Counted from the first letter of the stretch, positions 18,549 to 28,052 are shown. The stretch is 29,064 bases of DNA from Methanotrichaceae archaeon (GCA_963803145.1 CAWDLW010000032.1:1-29064); one strand, 5' to 3'. The notes: generated from the sequence alone by a model not told the origin. A program made the numbers and translations.

Positions 18549-19424
18549 TTGATGGTGAAGCTGGAGATCATTGGCAAATACAATTTGGACTTGATCATAC
18601 CTTCATCCCTTATTATTTTGGCCGAGGGTCTAATTTTCTTTGGAGATATGAGGGCGGCGTTGGCTGTTCACGCCTTGAATCTGACAATGCTCATATTATC
18701 ATCAATCTATATAGAAAATAGAATATATCCAGCTTTGATGCTTTTGCCGCTGTTTAGGCTGCTTAACATAGCGATGCCGGTTTTTTTCGTTTTAACGCTT
18801 TACTCCTATTCAATCGTTTATGCCCCAATGTTCATACCTATTTATTTCATAATAAAGGAGAAGATGTTTAAAAGCTCGGAAATAGGGCTAACGCTCAGGG
18901 ATTTCTGGTTATTTCTGCCGCTTTCTATCGCAGTGGGGGTAGCAATAGGCTGGGGTGAATACCAGGTATTACACCCAGGAGTTCTTGTGCCGGATTACAG
19001 CATCAAAAGCGTTCTCCTGCTATCTGTAACAATGATATTCTTTGTGGGATTGGTAGAGGAATTCGTTTTCAGATCTGCATTGCAGACGGTTATGGAGGAA
19101 CGACTAGGGTCCATAACAGGACTGCTGGCTACAAGCATTCTTTTCGGCTTTATGCACAGTGGCTACCATCTTCCTCAAGAGCTTCTTTACGTTTCATTTG
19201 CGGGAATTATCTTCGGTCTGCTCTTCTGGCTGACAAAGAGCTTGCCAATAATTGCTCTTGCACACGGGATTACAAATGTTTCTCTATTTCTGGTGACACC
19301 CATATACCCTGGCATTCTTATTTATATAATTGTATTATCGATGCTTTTATTTATATTGGCTGCAATCCTATCAAGAAGATTGCCCAAAAAGATGAATTTT
19401 GATATAAGTGTACGTAGGTCATAA
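18549..19424 (+). CDS. CPBP (CAAX/Abi) intramembrane metalloprotease
   Basis: EEFVFR, FGFMH and HGITN motifs in a polytopic membrane protein. Confidence 0.92.
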   Translation: MMVKLEIIGKYNLDLIIPSSLIILAEGLIFFGDMRAALAVHALNLTMLILSSIYIENRIYPALMLLPLFRLLNIAMPVFFVLTLYSYSIVYAPMFIPIYFIIKEKMFKSSEIGLTLRDFWLFLPLSIAVGVAIGWGEYQVLHPGVLVPDYSIKSVLLLSVTMIFFVGLVEEFVFRSALQTVMEERLGSITGLLATSILFGFMHSGYHLPQELLYVSFAGIIFGLLFWLTKSLPIIALAHGITNVSLFLVTPIYPGILIYIIVLSMLLFILAAILSRRLPKKMNFDISVRRS

Positions 19425-19476
19425 AAAGATATAGACAAAAATGCAGATAAAATTGAAGTCTAATTAGCGAAAAAAT

Positions 19477-19845
19477 TTAAGAATTGATTACTTCAACTAC
19501 TCTGAAGGCTACTATCAAGAAGAACGTAAACACCATGGGAAGGATTGCCAGATTTAGCAGCGTCGATAGACGCTTATTCCAAAGCTTTGAGGCGGAAAGT
19601 ATCTCAGAGGCACTCAGCAACGCTATTAGGCATACAACTGTAATAATGCTGACATCTGATACACCTGTAAGAGAGAACGCGCTTACGATAGCGGATGTAG
19701 TACTCAATGCGCTCATAGTACTTAGTGCACTCGTTGTGCTTAATGTGCTCGTAGTGCTTAAGATATTACTAGCAGCAGTCATGCTTGTGATTGCGCTCGT
19801 AGTGCTCATTGTACTTGATAGCGTGCTAAGCATAGATGATAACAA
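19477..19845 (-). CDS. Small membrane protein with Ser/Thr-rich hexapeptide repeats
   Basis: Strong RBS AGGAGG before TTG; LSTTSA-like repeats; two C-terminal hydrophobic segments. Confidence 0.7.
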   Translation of the reverse strand: MLSSMLSTLSSTMSTTSAITSMTAASNILSTTSTLSTTSALSTMSALSTTSAIVSAFSLTGVSDVSIITVVCLIALLSASEILSASKLWNKRLSTLLNLAILPMVFTFFLIVAFRVVEVINS

Positions 19846-20656
19846 CTTGACTGCCCTCCTATTAACTTACACTCGTCTTACGCTAATAGAGTATAAGTAG
19901 ATTTCCCCCGAGCGTAGAACATCCCTAAGTTGCCGCGGCTGTCATGGCATTCTCATAAAGAAATAATAATTAGCTCCGGTTTTCAGGTCGCGTTTGTGAG
20001 CTACTGAAAACCGCTAACATATGGCACGATAGATGATTGCTGTTAAATTGAAACCGGTGCGTACGATTTCAGAGAGATTTTTCGGTAATCTACACCCACG
20101 ACCCACATTCCTAACGATTACTAAATATTATTCTGAGTGTTATCCCGGCAATGTGTATTTGCGTTGGTATTTGAATAGGCCCTTGTATAACATATCGTCA
20201 AGCTCATTCGCGATGAACCTACAAGCTTCCTCTAACATAGCATTCAGTTTCAAAAGACATCTGTGTTATATCCTGTCATTATTTATATCTTATTACGCAT
20301 TTTAATATTTTACGATGAATTAATTGTTAGCAGTAACGACTGGATCTATTATGAATGTCGCTTAAGGTAATATTATATAGTGTTTTACCCAAAGAATTAC
20401 ACTTAACGAGCCATAATAGCATGCTATGCGTGTCGATAATGAGTTTTAGATTTTGAGTAAAACACTATAAATTGGATCGCTACTAATCATATATATTGTA
20501 TCTTATTTATAGACAAGAGATCATGCACTAATCTTAAATACTTATCTTAAATTCTTATATGAATTCCCGTAATCTTTTAATATACAGGAAAAAACCACAT
20601 CTATATTTAGGTCAAGAAGCCTTAGAGGTACTATTGAGGGTAGGAGGGAAATCAAG

Positions 20657-21592
20657 TTGCAATATAAAATGGTAGTCGCTTTTCTCTTATTAGCTGTTTT
20701 AATTGGGACTGCAGGAGGGGCAACCTATCAAGAATTTATATATAAAATGGATCAGAAGGTCTCAGGGGAAGGATTTTTCAGCTCACGCCAAGATATAACT
20801 ACCACATCGTTTGCAACCACGCTTGCGGTTCCTGCTGGAGCTACGGGTGGAGTTCTTTCAATGAATAAACTCGCCTATGGATCTGGCAGCTACAATGCCG
20901 AGTCTACGACAACTGCCCTAAATGGAGCTAATACTGATACCTCTGGGCAATATCTCGATATAAGTGAGAGGAACATATCCTATAAAGAGACTGTCGATCT
21001 GGCTTATGGCGAAAAAGCTTTCAACTTAGGGAACAGCTTCAGCTCTAGCCCCATTAGAGCCCTCGGAAAGGAAGAGACATGTATCAAAAACTACGGGGCA
21101 GGTGTATCTATGGATGCCCTCTTCGATTCTGTCAGCACGCTTAGTAAGGACATCTCCGCCAATCTGAACTGGAAGTCTGTAGAAAGTGGCACTAAAGACG
21201 ACCCTGTTGATGATTATTCATTGGAACAGAAAGGCATCACAAAGCTGAATGTAGATGCTACATTCACGGGCAAAGGCCATATTGGAGCTCTCGCGATAGG
21301 TGATCTGACTGATTCAAAGAGCATTAACCATAATGACAACGTTGCCACGCTGATAGACGAGGATTATCTCGGCACTTATACGCTATCTAAAAAGATGTCC
21401 CAGGAATTCAATTACAAAGACACCAGGCAGGTAGATCAATGGCTATCCTGCTGCTATGGTGGCTGGGACTCGATGCCAATTTATGCTAAGAAAGGCTTCG
21501 GTGCAAGCGCTAAGGGCATATTCGATTGTACCTGCTATAAGGCCCAAAAGACAGCGCAGTTCCCAGAACCTGGTGAGAACAAGGCCTGGTAA
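20657..21592 (+). CDS. Exported protein with Cys-rich C-terminus
   Basis: RBS AGGAGG, signal peptide, C-terminal WLSCCYGGW..IFDCTC. Confidence 0.85.
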   Translation: MQYKMVVAFLLLAVLIGTAGGATYQEFIYKMDQKVSGEGFFSSRQDITTTSFATTLAVPAGATGGVLSMNKLAYGSGSYNAESTTTALNGANTDTSGQYLDISERNISYKETVDLAYGEKAFNLGNSFSSSPIRALGKEETCIKNYGAGVSMDALFDSVSTLSKDISANLNWKSVESGTKDDPVDDYSLEQKGITKLNVDATFTGKGHIGALAIGDLTDSKSINHNDNVATLIDEDYLGTYTLSKKMSQEFNYKDTRQVDQWLSCCYGGWDSMPIYAKKGFGASAKGIFDCTCYKAQKTAQFPEPGENKAW

Positions 21593-21713
21593 CTTCAGGC
21601 CTTCAAATATCTTTTATAATCAATTTTTTTATATCGAAAGATATTACTTATTATAACTGCTTCATGAAGCTAAGGTTATGAAACGTATCTTGATAGCTTT
21701 TTACCTAATACTG

Positions 21714-22007
21714 CTACTTGGTCCCATTAATATTTTGCATATCTATCTCTTCAAGCTCTTCCCTTAATTTCTTCAGCCTATTCCTAACGTTTACGCCCTT
21801 ATGCGTGGTTTTATATAAAATAGGAGTTCCTTGTATAGATTCTATAAGGCCGTTTTTAATTAGAAGATCCATATAAGATTTGACTGTTGTAAAATTTGTG
21901 TTTGCTCTATAAACGATTCGGGTTATGTTTTCACCATCAATACATATGCTCAAGACTTCAAGGATTATCCTATCCCTGCTTCTCCTCTCCCTCATTCCAT
22001 TTATCAC
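21714..22007 (-). CDS. Winged-helix transcriptional regulator (HTH_45-like)
   Basis: RRSRDRIILEVLSIC..ITRIVYRANTNF..YKTTHKG; clear paralog of the 10262 gene. Confidence 0.85.
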   Translation of the reverse strand: MINGMRERRSRDRIILEVLSICIDGENITRIVYRANTNFTTVKSYMDLLIKNGLIESIQGTPILYKTTHKGVNVRNRLKKLREELEEIDMQNINGTK

Positions 22008-22165
22008 CTAATCGCATACTGTATTATGAGTAAGTAGTCTTGTTAAGGCAGGCAATTCCATATAAAAGTATCTTAACAGAAATTCTTATTAAGACCTCAT
22101 TATCCGAAAATAGGTTGAGAGAATACTAATCACTAGGGCCTATATTAGATCTTTAGGATAGGTTA

Positions 22166-22699
22166 TTAGACCTTCTTTAAGAGATTTCTCATCATCCCCA
22201 ATTTGCTAGTGAGATTCACCATTGCATCGTTTCCCCAAATAGGAATTTGGAATCTTCGCTGGTAAATGAAGTAAAGAATGTATACAAAGCCTAGACACTC
22301 CGGTATAAGCACCACAGGGTCTCTCAAGCCCATGAACAACATCTCAATATAGCTCAAAGGATCTAGGTGTACAGCAGTGGGAAAGTTGCCGAGGAGAGGC
22401 CAGAGAAGGGTAACAGGCGAGTTCCACATAAAATCCAGAACAAGGTGGGATAGGACTCCGCCTGAAAGTGAGATGAGCCTTATATCACGAGTATAGGCAG
22501 CAAGCGCAGCGAGTATCAGAAGGAATAGTAGAGTATGTGCGAATGTTCTGCCCATAGCAGGCGTTCCGAAGACGATCTCCCCTAGGGGTTTATCTATGAT
22601 ATCGGGGAGAAGCGCGCCTATTGCCACGAACGTCAGGTTAGATCTTTTTATGAAACTGGCTGCGGCGAGAGCTAAACCGAGATGGGCAAAGAACAGCAT
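22166..22699 (-). CDS. Membrane-bound metal-dependent hydrolase (YdjM-like)
   Basis: FAH, GALLPDIIDK, R-FAHTL, SHLVLD, LWP. Confidence 0.85.
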   Translation of the reverse strand: MLFFAHLGLALAAASFIKRSNLTFVAIGALLPDIIDKPLGEIVFGTPAMGRTFAHTLLFLLILAALAAYTRDIRLISLSGGVLSHLVLDFMWNSPVTLLWPLLGNFPTAVHLDPLSYIEMLFMGLRDPVVLIPECLGFVYILYFIYQRRFQIPIWGNDAMVNLTSKLGMMRNLLKKV

Positions 22700-22796
22700 T
22701 AAGCAACTTTTAGTTCGAGGGATATTTAACTGTTTTTCTCAAAACAATCCAGCACTTTTGCAATCTATTCAAAGAAAAGGATTTTCTTGGATAAAT

Positions 22797-23156
22797 TCAG
22801 ATCTGCAGCAGCTCGATCAAAGTATTCTCAGGTACATTTGCATATTTCTTCACAATCTTTATGAAGAGCATTTCTTGCTGCTGCTTATCCATACCATAAG
22901 GGTCATCTAGCCCTTGATTATCAAACTCTTGTGTGATAAGTCGCACTTGTACCTGAGCGATTTTATATAATTTGCCAAGCTCGGCGAGCAGATTCATATA
23001 GTATCCTAAGGCGTGCGGCCTATCTGAGGACAGGTTCTTGATAAGTCCACATTCCATGCAATATGGATGAGGCTTAAGCCCGCGCTCCCTGCCATCATAG
23101 AAGTAAGGCAGCCATACTTTCTCGGTGCTGCCGCAACTATTATGCTCACAACCCAC
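22797..23156 (-). CDS. Hypothetical protein with CxH..HPYCxxC (possible Zn ribbon)
   Basis: GAGGA RBS upstream; CEH and HPYCMECG; fills the gap with no convincing competing ORF. Confidence 0.7.
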   Translation of the reverse strand: MGCEHNSCGSTEKVWLPYFYDGRERGLKPHPYCMECGLIKNLSSDRPHALGYYMNLLAELGKLYKIAQVQVRLITQEFDNQGLDDPYGMDKQQQEMLFIKIVKKYANVPENTLIELLQI

Positions 23157-23321
23157 AGTTCTTCCTCAATCCTGGCTCATATGACACTTTTCTCATTTAA
23201 AAACTTTTTGCAGGAACTGATATATGTTCTCCGCCTTGTTAAACTGATCTAAGAGAATAGTTAAATTTATCTATTATACTTACGAAAAAGCCGCAGATAG
23301 GTAAAAACGAGTAGTGATAAG

Positions 23322-23432
23322 CGCTGAGGGTGAGATTTGAACTCACGAGGTGCGATGCACCACTGGTTTTCTTATCTAGGCACTTTGTCTAGACCTCAAG
23401 ACCAGCGCCGTAGGCCGCTTGGCTACCTCAGC
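23322..23432 (-). tRNA. tRNA-Ser(UGA) with 26-nt intron (23369-23394)
   Basis: Acceptor GCTGAGG/CCTCAGC, G73, long variable arm; canonical BHB at 37/38 (helix CTTG/TAAG, bulges AGG and AAA). Confidence 0.94.
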
Positions 23433-23534
23433 TCATAAAACCTGTTGAGTCCGAACCTTTTAAGCCTGACGATCATACCTCATCACTGAGAGATAATCAA
23501 GATAATTTTAATATATCTTCTACCTCTTGCGATT

Positions 23535-24767
23535 ATGCTTATCAAGGATGTCTCTATTCTTCATTCTGGCCAGCTAGTAAAGGGCCGCGATATTCTCATC
23601 GAAGATGGTCGGATTGCAAAGATCGGCCGAGATCTCAAGGGCGGGGAGATAATCGATGGCCGTGGAAAGTTGGCCATCCCCGGGCTTATCAACGGTCACA
23701 CACATCTTGCCATGGCTCTGTTACGGGGTTATGCCGATGATATGGAGCTTATTCCATGGCTGAAGGATAAGATCTGGCCTCTGGAAGCCAAGATGACTGC
23801 GGATGATATTTACTGGGGGGTCAAGCTGGGCTGCCTGGAGCAGATCCGCTTTGGCATAACCTGCTACAACGATATGTATTACTTCGGGAATGAAACAGCT
23901 CAGGCCACTAAGGAGATGGGCCTTCGGGCTTTTATCTCCGGAGTACTCCTCGATGCTAGGCCAGATCTTCTTAAGGACGTAGAGCCTTTTTTGCGAAGAT
24001 GGAAAGATGACGACCTCATCCATCCTACTGTTGGCCCTCATGCAGTCTATACCTGCTCAGAGGAGACGCTTCTTAAAGCCAAGGATCTGGCGGATAAATC
24101 TGGCACAATGATCCATATGCATGTCTCAGAGACGCGCGAGGAGGTGGAGGAGTTCATTCTGAGCCATGGATTTAGCCCCGTGGAGTACTTAGACCGACTC
24201 GGTATGCTTAATGAGCGTTTTCTGGCAGTGCACTGCGTCTGGCTATCTAAGGAGGACGCCCAAATGCTCGCGGACAGGAACGTGAGTGTCGTAGACTGCA
24301 CCATAAGCAACCTGAAGCTCAGCTCTGGTATAGCACCTCTCAACTACCTTCTGGAGGCTAACACAAACGTCTGCCTGGGCACAGATGGTCCTGCCAGCAA
24401 CAATAACCTCAGCCTGTTCGAAGAGATGAAGGTCACAGCCATAGTACAAAAGAATGCCTACCACAACGCAGCAGCATTCTCCGCCCAACAAATCTGGCAA
24501 ATCGCTACAGAGAACGCATATCGGGCATTTGGCCTGGATATGGGCATGCGCGAAGGAGCACTGGCTGACTTAGCCCTGCTCGATTTACGCAAGCCTTGGT
24601 TCTGCCCACAGAATAATGTTATTTCTCAACTTGTCTATAGCATGACGGGCGGCGTGGACACGACTATAGTTAACGGCAAAGTGCTGATGCAAAATGGCGT
24701 AATTCCCGGCGAGGCTGAGATAATGGAGAAGGCACAGGAGCGCTTTGAGCGATTAACAGCGGTGTGA
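23535..24767 (+). CDS. mtaD: Amidohydrolase, MTA/SAH or 5'-deoxyadenosine deaminase family
   Basis: PGLINGHTH, LRGYADD, GPHAVYT, HMHVSET, AVHCV, SNLKL, LGTDG. Confidence 0.85.
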   Translation: MLIKDVSILHSGQLVKGRDILIEDGRIAKIGRDLKGGEIIDGRGKLAIPGLINGHTHLAMALLRGYADDMELIPWLKDKIWPLEAKMTADDIYWGVKLGCLEQIRFGITCYNDMYYFGNETAQATKEMGLRAFISGVLLDARPDLLKDVEPFLRRWKDDDLIHPTVGPHAVYTCSEETLLKAKDLADKSGTMIHMHVSETREEVEEFILSHGFSPVEYLDRLGMLNERFLAVHCVWLSKEDAQMLADRNVSVVDCTISNLKLSSGIAPLNYLLEANTNVCLGTDGPASNNNLSLFEEMKVTAIVQKNAYHNAAAFSAQQIWQIATENAYRAFGLDMGMREGALADLALLDLRKPWFCPQNNVISQLVYSMTGGVDTTIVNGKVLMQNGVIPGEAEIMEKAQERFERLTAV

Positions 24768-24842
24768 TTGTTATTATAGCCTATACTAGAACTTCCTGAT
24801 CTACTGTTTTCTCTACTGCTGTGCATTATACGAGCGCTATTA

Positions 24843-24864
24843 ACCAAACCAAAACGGGTTTGGT
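24843..24864. terminator. Hairpin between convergent genes
   Basis: ACCAAACC-N6-GGTTTGGT with a T-rich run shortly after. Confidence 0.35.
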
Positions 24865-24893
24865 ATGATTTTTGGCTTGGGGCAGGCTCACTT

Positions 24894-25811
24894 CTATAAT
24901 CGCCTTCTAAGCCGTTTCCTTCCAGTGCGAGCTTCTATTCCCAAATAGACTGCCCCCGCGAGAAACATGATTATCATGGCCAGGGCTACAAAGTTATCCC
25001 AGGATCTTTCTTTAACCTCTACAATGGCAGAGAGCCCATCGCTACGGACTAACTGACCGCATTTATAGCTCACATTGCAAGGAAGCGCATAATAGCCGCT
25101 GGCCGTATGATTTGCTGTAAAGATTCTGAACTTCGCTGATACGGAGCCACCAGGATCGATGCTGCCCAGATTGATTTTATCATCAACGAGAGTGAATGGG
25201 TCTTGTGGCAATAGCTGTACTTGAAGATCATCGACCGGTTCATCTCCGTGATTCACAAAGGGAATGGTAAGATCCGTTTCTATACCAGGAGCTACAACAT
25301 CACTGGTTTCCAGGCTGAGTCTTGGTCCAAGGTTAACATTTAACTCCAGAGGCAGAACCTCATTTACATCTTCATAATTGAAGAGAACGTCAGGGATATC
25401 ACCAGTAGATTTGATCCCTGAAAGTTTGCTGTAGCTTAGGGTAAGATCCATTGAATAGATGCCGGCATCCATGCCTTGATCTGTACTGGCTACAAATTCT
25501 ACAGACTTGTTCTCTCCTGGGGCAAGTGAGCCTGCTATTTGGGGTGCAGAAAGAACATGAATCTTATCGTCACTGCTGTGCAGCTCGGCAACTACTCCAA
25601 GACATGTCTCTTTATCACCAAATATACTGGGTGATTGCTGCATAGAGGCATTGTTCTTAAGCTCAACTGATATAGTCGCTGGACGACCTGTTTCCAAAAC
25701 CCCTGATATTGAGGATATTATTATATGACCGTGACCCTCCTGATTATCTCCGATGACTGGCAAGACGAATGCTATGAGGATAATCGGAAGGACCACCAGC
25801 TCTTTCATCAA
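24894..25811 (-). CDS. S-layer-like (COG1361-type) Ig-fold protein with C-terminal TM anchor
   Basis: Signal peptide; two GSL/IxPG..F..GxY domains; TM helix followed by RKRLRRRL. Confidence 0.75.
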   Translation of the reverse strand: MMKELVVLPIILIAFVLPVIGDNQEGHGHIIISSISGVLETGRPATISVELKNNASMQQSPSIFGDKETCLGVVAELHSSDDKIHVLSAPQIAGSLAPGENKSVEFVASTDQGMDAGIYSMDLTLSYSKLSGIKSTGDIPDVLFNYEDVNEVLPLELNVNLGPRLSLETSDVVAPGIETDLTIPFVNHGDEPVDDLQVQLLPQDPFTLVDDKINLGSIDPGGSVSAKFRIFTANHTASGYYALPCNVSYKCGQLVRSDGLSAIVEVKERSWDNFVALAMIIMFLAGAVYLGIEARTGRKRLRRRL

Positions 25812-26051
25812 AAATAGAACGAGCTTTTACTTATTGAGTTTAACCCATAACAGGAACATGGTTGCGTTCTCTAATCAATGTATTTAGTCTTCGATTCATG
25901 CGATAAATCACCCTCACCTCTGATGAGCAAGACGTAACAGAGGACGAAAATATAGATCTGATTTTCACTATAATTCGGGGCTAATGCTTATAAAAGTTTA
26001 TAAGTATATTGATAAAGTATATATATATAGGTAATAACGATTACGAGTTCA

Positions 26052-26846
26052 TCACATGGAGGATATACCTATCGACTCTTCGGCAGTCATACCCTTATGG
26101 ACTACTGAGCAGATCCTGTGTGTAATCAGAGTGGGATCATCAGCTTGGAAGACATTCCTTCCAATGGCAACACCCCGCGCTCCGGCGCTGATCGCACCCT
26201 CAACCATCTTCAAGAGATCCATCTCCGATTCGACCCTTGGGCCGCCTGCGATGATGACTGGAGCTGGACAGCCCTCAACTACCTGCGAAAAGCTATTTGG
26301 ATCTCCAGTATAGCTAGTCTTGATTATATCCGCGCCAAGCTCAGCCCCCACACGGCAAGCGTGAGCTATATACTCGCTGGAGTATTCATCCTTTATTTTT
26401 TTGCCCCGAGGATACATCATAGCAAGCAGAGGCATACCCCACTCCTGGCAGCTCCTTGATACTGAACCGAGAGTGGCAAGCATATTTGCCTCATCCTCAG
26501 CCCCTACATTTACGTGGATGCTAACGCCATCCGCTCCAAGCTTCAGGGCCTCCTCTACCGTTGCTACCAGCACCTTATTGTTCGGATCCGGGCCGAGCGA
26601 TGTTGAGGCTGAAAGATGGATTATCAGGCCCAGATCTCGGCCGTAGCCGCGATGGCCGAATATAGCGGCGCCCTTATGGACCACCGCAGCGTCTGCTCCG
26701 CCTGATGCTATAGAATCCGCTGTGGCCCTCATGCTTTTAATGCCCTTTATCGGCCCAACGGTAAGGCCGTGATCCATAGGAATTATGACGGTGTTCCCAG
26801 TGTTTCGGTTTAGGATCCTCTCGATCCTGATAGATTTACCCCTCAA
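26052..26846 (-). CDS. aroA': 2-amino-3,7-dideoxy-D-threo-hept-6-ulosonate synthase (class I aldolase)
   Basis: [64 protein letters not shown]. Confidence 0.88.
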   Translation of the reverse strand: MRGKSIRIERILNRNTGNTVIIPMDHGLTVGPIKGIKSMRATADSIASGGADAAVVHKGAAIFGHRGYGRDLGLIIHLSASTSLGPDPNNKVLVATVEEALKLGADGVSIHVNVGAEDEANMLATLGSVSRSCQEWGMPLLAMMYPRGKKIKDEYSSEYIAHACRVGAELGADIIKTSYTGDPNSFSQVVEGCPAPVIIAGGPRVESEMDLLKMVEGAISAGARGVAIGRNVFQADDPTLITHRICSVVHKGMTAEESIGISSM

Positions 26847-26865
26847 TGTAATACCTCTATGTCCT

Positions 26866-26883
26866 ATGTACTATTAAGTACAT
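26866..26883. promoter_or_regulatory. Palindromic operator, TRP-box-like
   Basis: ATGTACT-ATTA-AGTACAT between the minus-strand TATA (26928-26921) and the RBS of aroA'. Confidence 0.55.
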
Positions 26884-26990
26884 TTTAGGTCTTTTTAATA
26901 CTATGGTGTATGTATTTGTGTATTTATAGCTATCGTCAGCGGCAAGGCTAAAATAGATACGGGGATTTGAAAGCATAGGAGAGCGGGAAA

Positions 26991-28052
26991 ATGGTAGCAG
27001 GTGGATTTAGATTCTGTAGAGATACTTTTGTAAGGCAGATGGGAATGGTGTGTATCATAGCTGTTTCATTTTTGTTTATAACAATAGCATTGAACCTACT
27101 TTGCGATCATGCAAAGGCTGGAACTGAGACGGGCGAGTTTTGCCCAGACTGTCCAGACCATCTGGATACAGAGGGTTGGCTCGCTAAGGAGGATGCCTAT
27201 AATAGGGCTAACCATCTTGGCCCTTATGCTGGAATCCCCCTTACTAAAAGTGTCGATAATGGAAACAAGACCAATAATGCTAATGTTGGAAAGACCCAGG
27301 TAAATGAATATCCTTGCCAGGAGATTATAACCTATTCAGGATCTCCGATGAATGGCATGGTGATTATCGATGTGAGATCTCCTAAGGAGTACATAAGCGG
27401 CCATATCCCGGGATCCAGGAACATCTACTGGGAATCTCTTCTGTCAAATGGCGTTGTTGATCCGATCCTGGCTGAAAGTGCTTTGCGTAAAGCTGGCATC
27501 AGCAACACAGATAAAATTCTGATCTATGGAGGCTCTGATGAAGGTGCTTCATTCATGTTTTGGGCTCTGAGCTACCTTGGTCACAAAGATCTGAGCAGAC
27601 TGGACGGCGGAGCGGATGCTGCATGGAGCTCTGGTATTAAGACGAGCGTATCTTTGCCTGTCTTCAAAGAATCGAATTACACAATCCATACTGTTCCTGA
27701 GCTGCTTGTGAACGAAAGCAATCTTGAGGCATTCCTAAAACGCCCAAACATCCAGATACTTGATGCTAGGAGTTTTGTGGATTATGGATTATCAAAACTT
27801 ACCGATAAGTCAAACTCATTTCAACCTAGCGATCTCTATGATGGCGCCAAAATAAAAGATACAAATGCTCTGAAGGATGAGCTTGGTAAACATGGCCTGA
27901 ACTATTCTGCTACAATACTTGTCTACGGCACCCCTCAGGCGTATGATCTATTCTACGGCCTGAAGCTGATGGGCTACAAGGCCACGCTGCTTGAGGGCGA
28001 TTGGTGGTCTGAAACAAGATGGGCAGTGAGCAATGTTGAAAAACATCAGTGA
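26991..28052 (+). CDS. Exported two-domain rhodanese-like protein
   Basis: IIDVRSPKEYISGHIPGS, LDGG, ILDAR; N-terminal hydrophobic segment. Start uncertain. Confidence 0.85.
   Translation: MVAGGFRFCRDTFVRQMGMVCIIAVSFLFITIALNLLCDHAKAGTETGEFCPDCPDHLDTEGWLAKEDAYNRANHLGPYAGIPLTKSVDNGNKTNNANVGKTQVNEYPCQEIITYSGSPMNGMVIIDVRSPKEYISGHIPGSRNIYWESLLSNGVVDPILAESALRKAGISNTDKILIYGGSDEGASFMFWALSYLGHKDLSRLDGGADAAWSSGIKTSVSLPVFKESNYTIHTVPELLVNESNLEAFLKRPNIQILDARSFVDYGLSKLTDKSNSFQPSDLYDGAKIKDTNALKDELGKHGLNYSATILVYGTPQAYDLFYGLKLMGYKATLLEGDWWSETRWAVSNVEKHQ

Noticed and set aside
19484-19900. 138-aa hydrophobic plus-strand ORF
   Set aside because: Antisense to the S/T-repeat gene, which has a strong RBS; it is kept open by the repeat.
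20033-20305. 90-aa ORF in the AT-rich gap
   Set aside because: No RBS or recognisable motif; probably spurious.
2189-23432. Integrated element bounded by the tRNAs
   Set aside because: No integrase and no duplicated tRNA 3' end noticed.
23721-24500. Short antisense ORFs inside the deaminase gene (and similar ones inside other long genes)
   Set aside because: They are shadow frames of well-supported CDSs.
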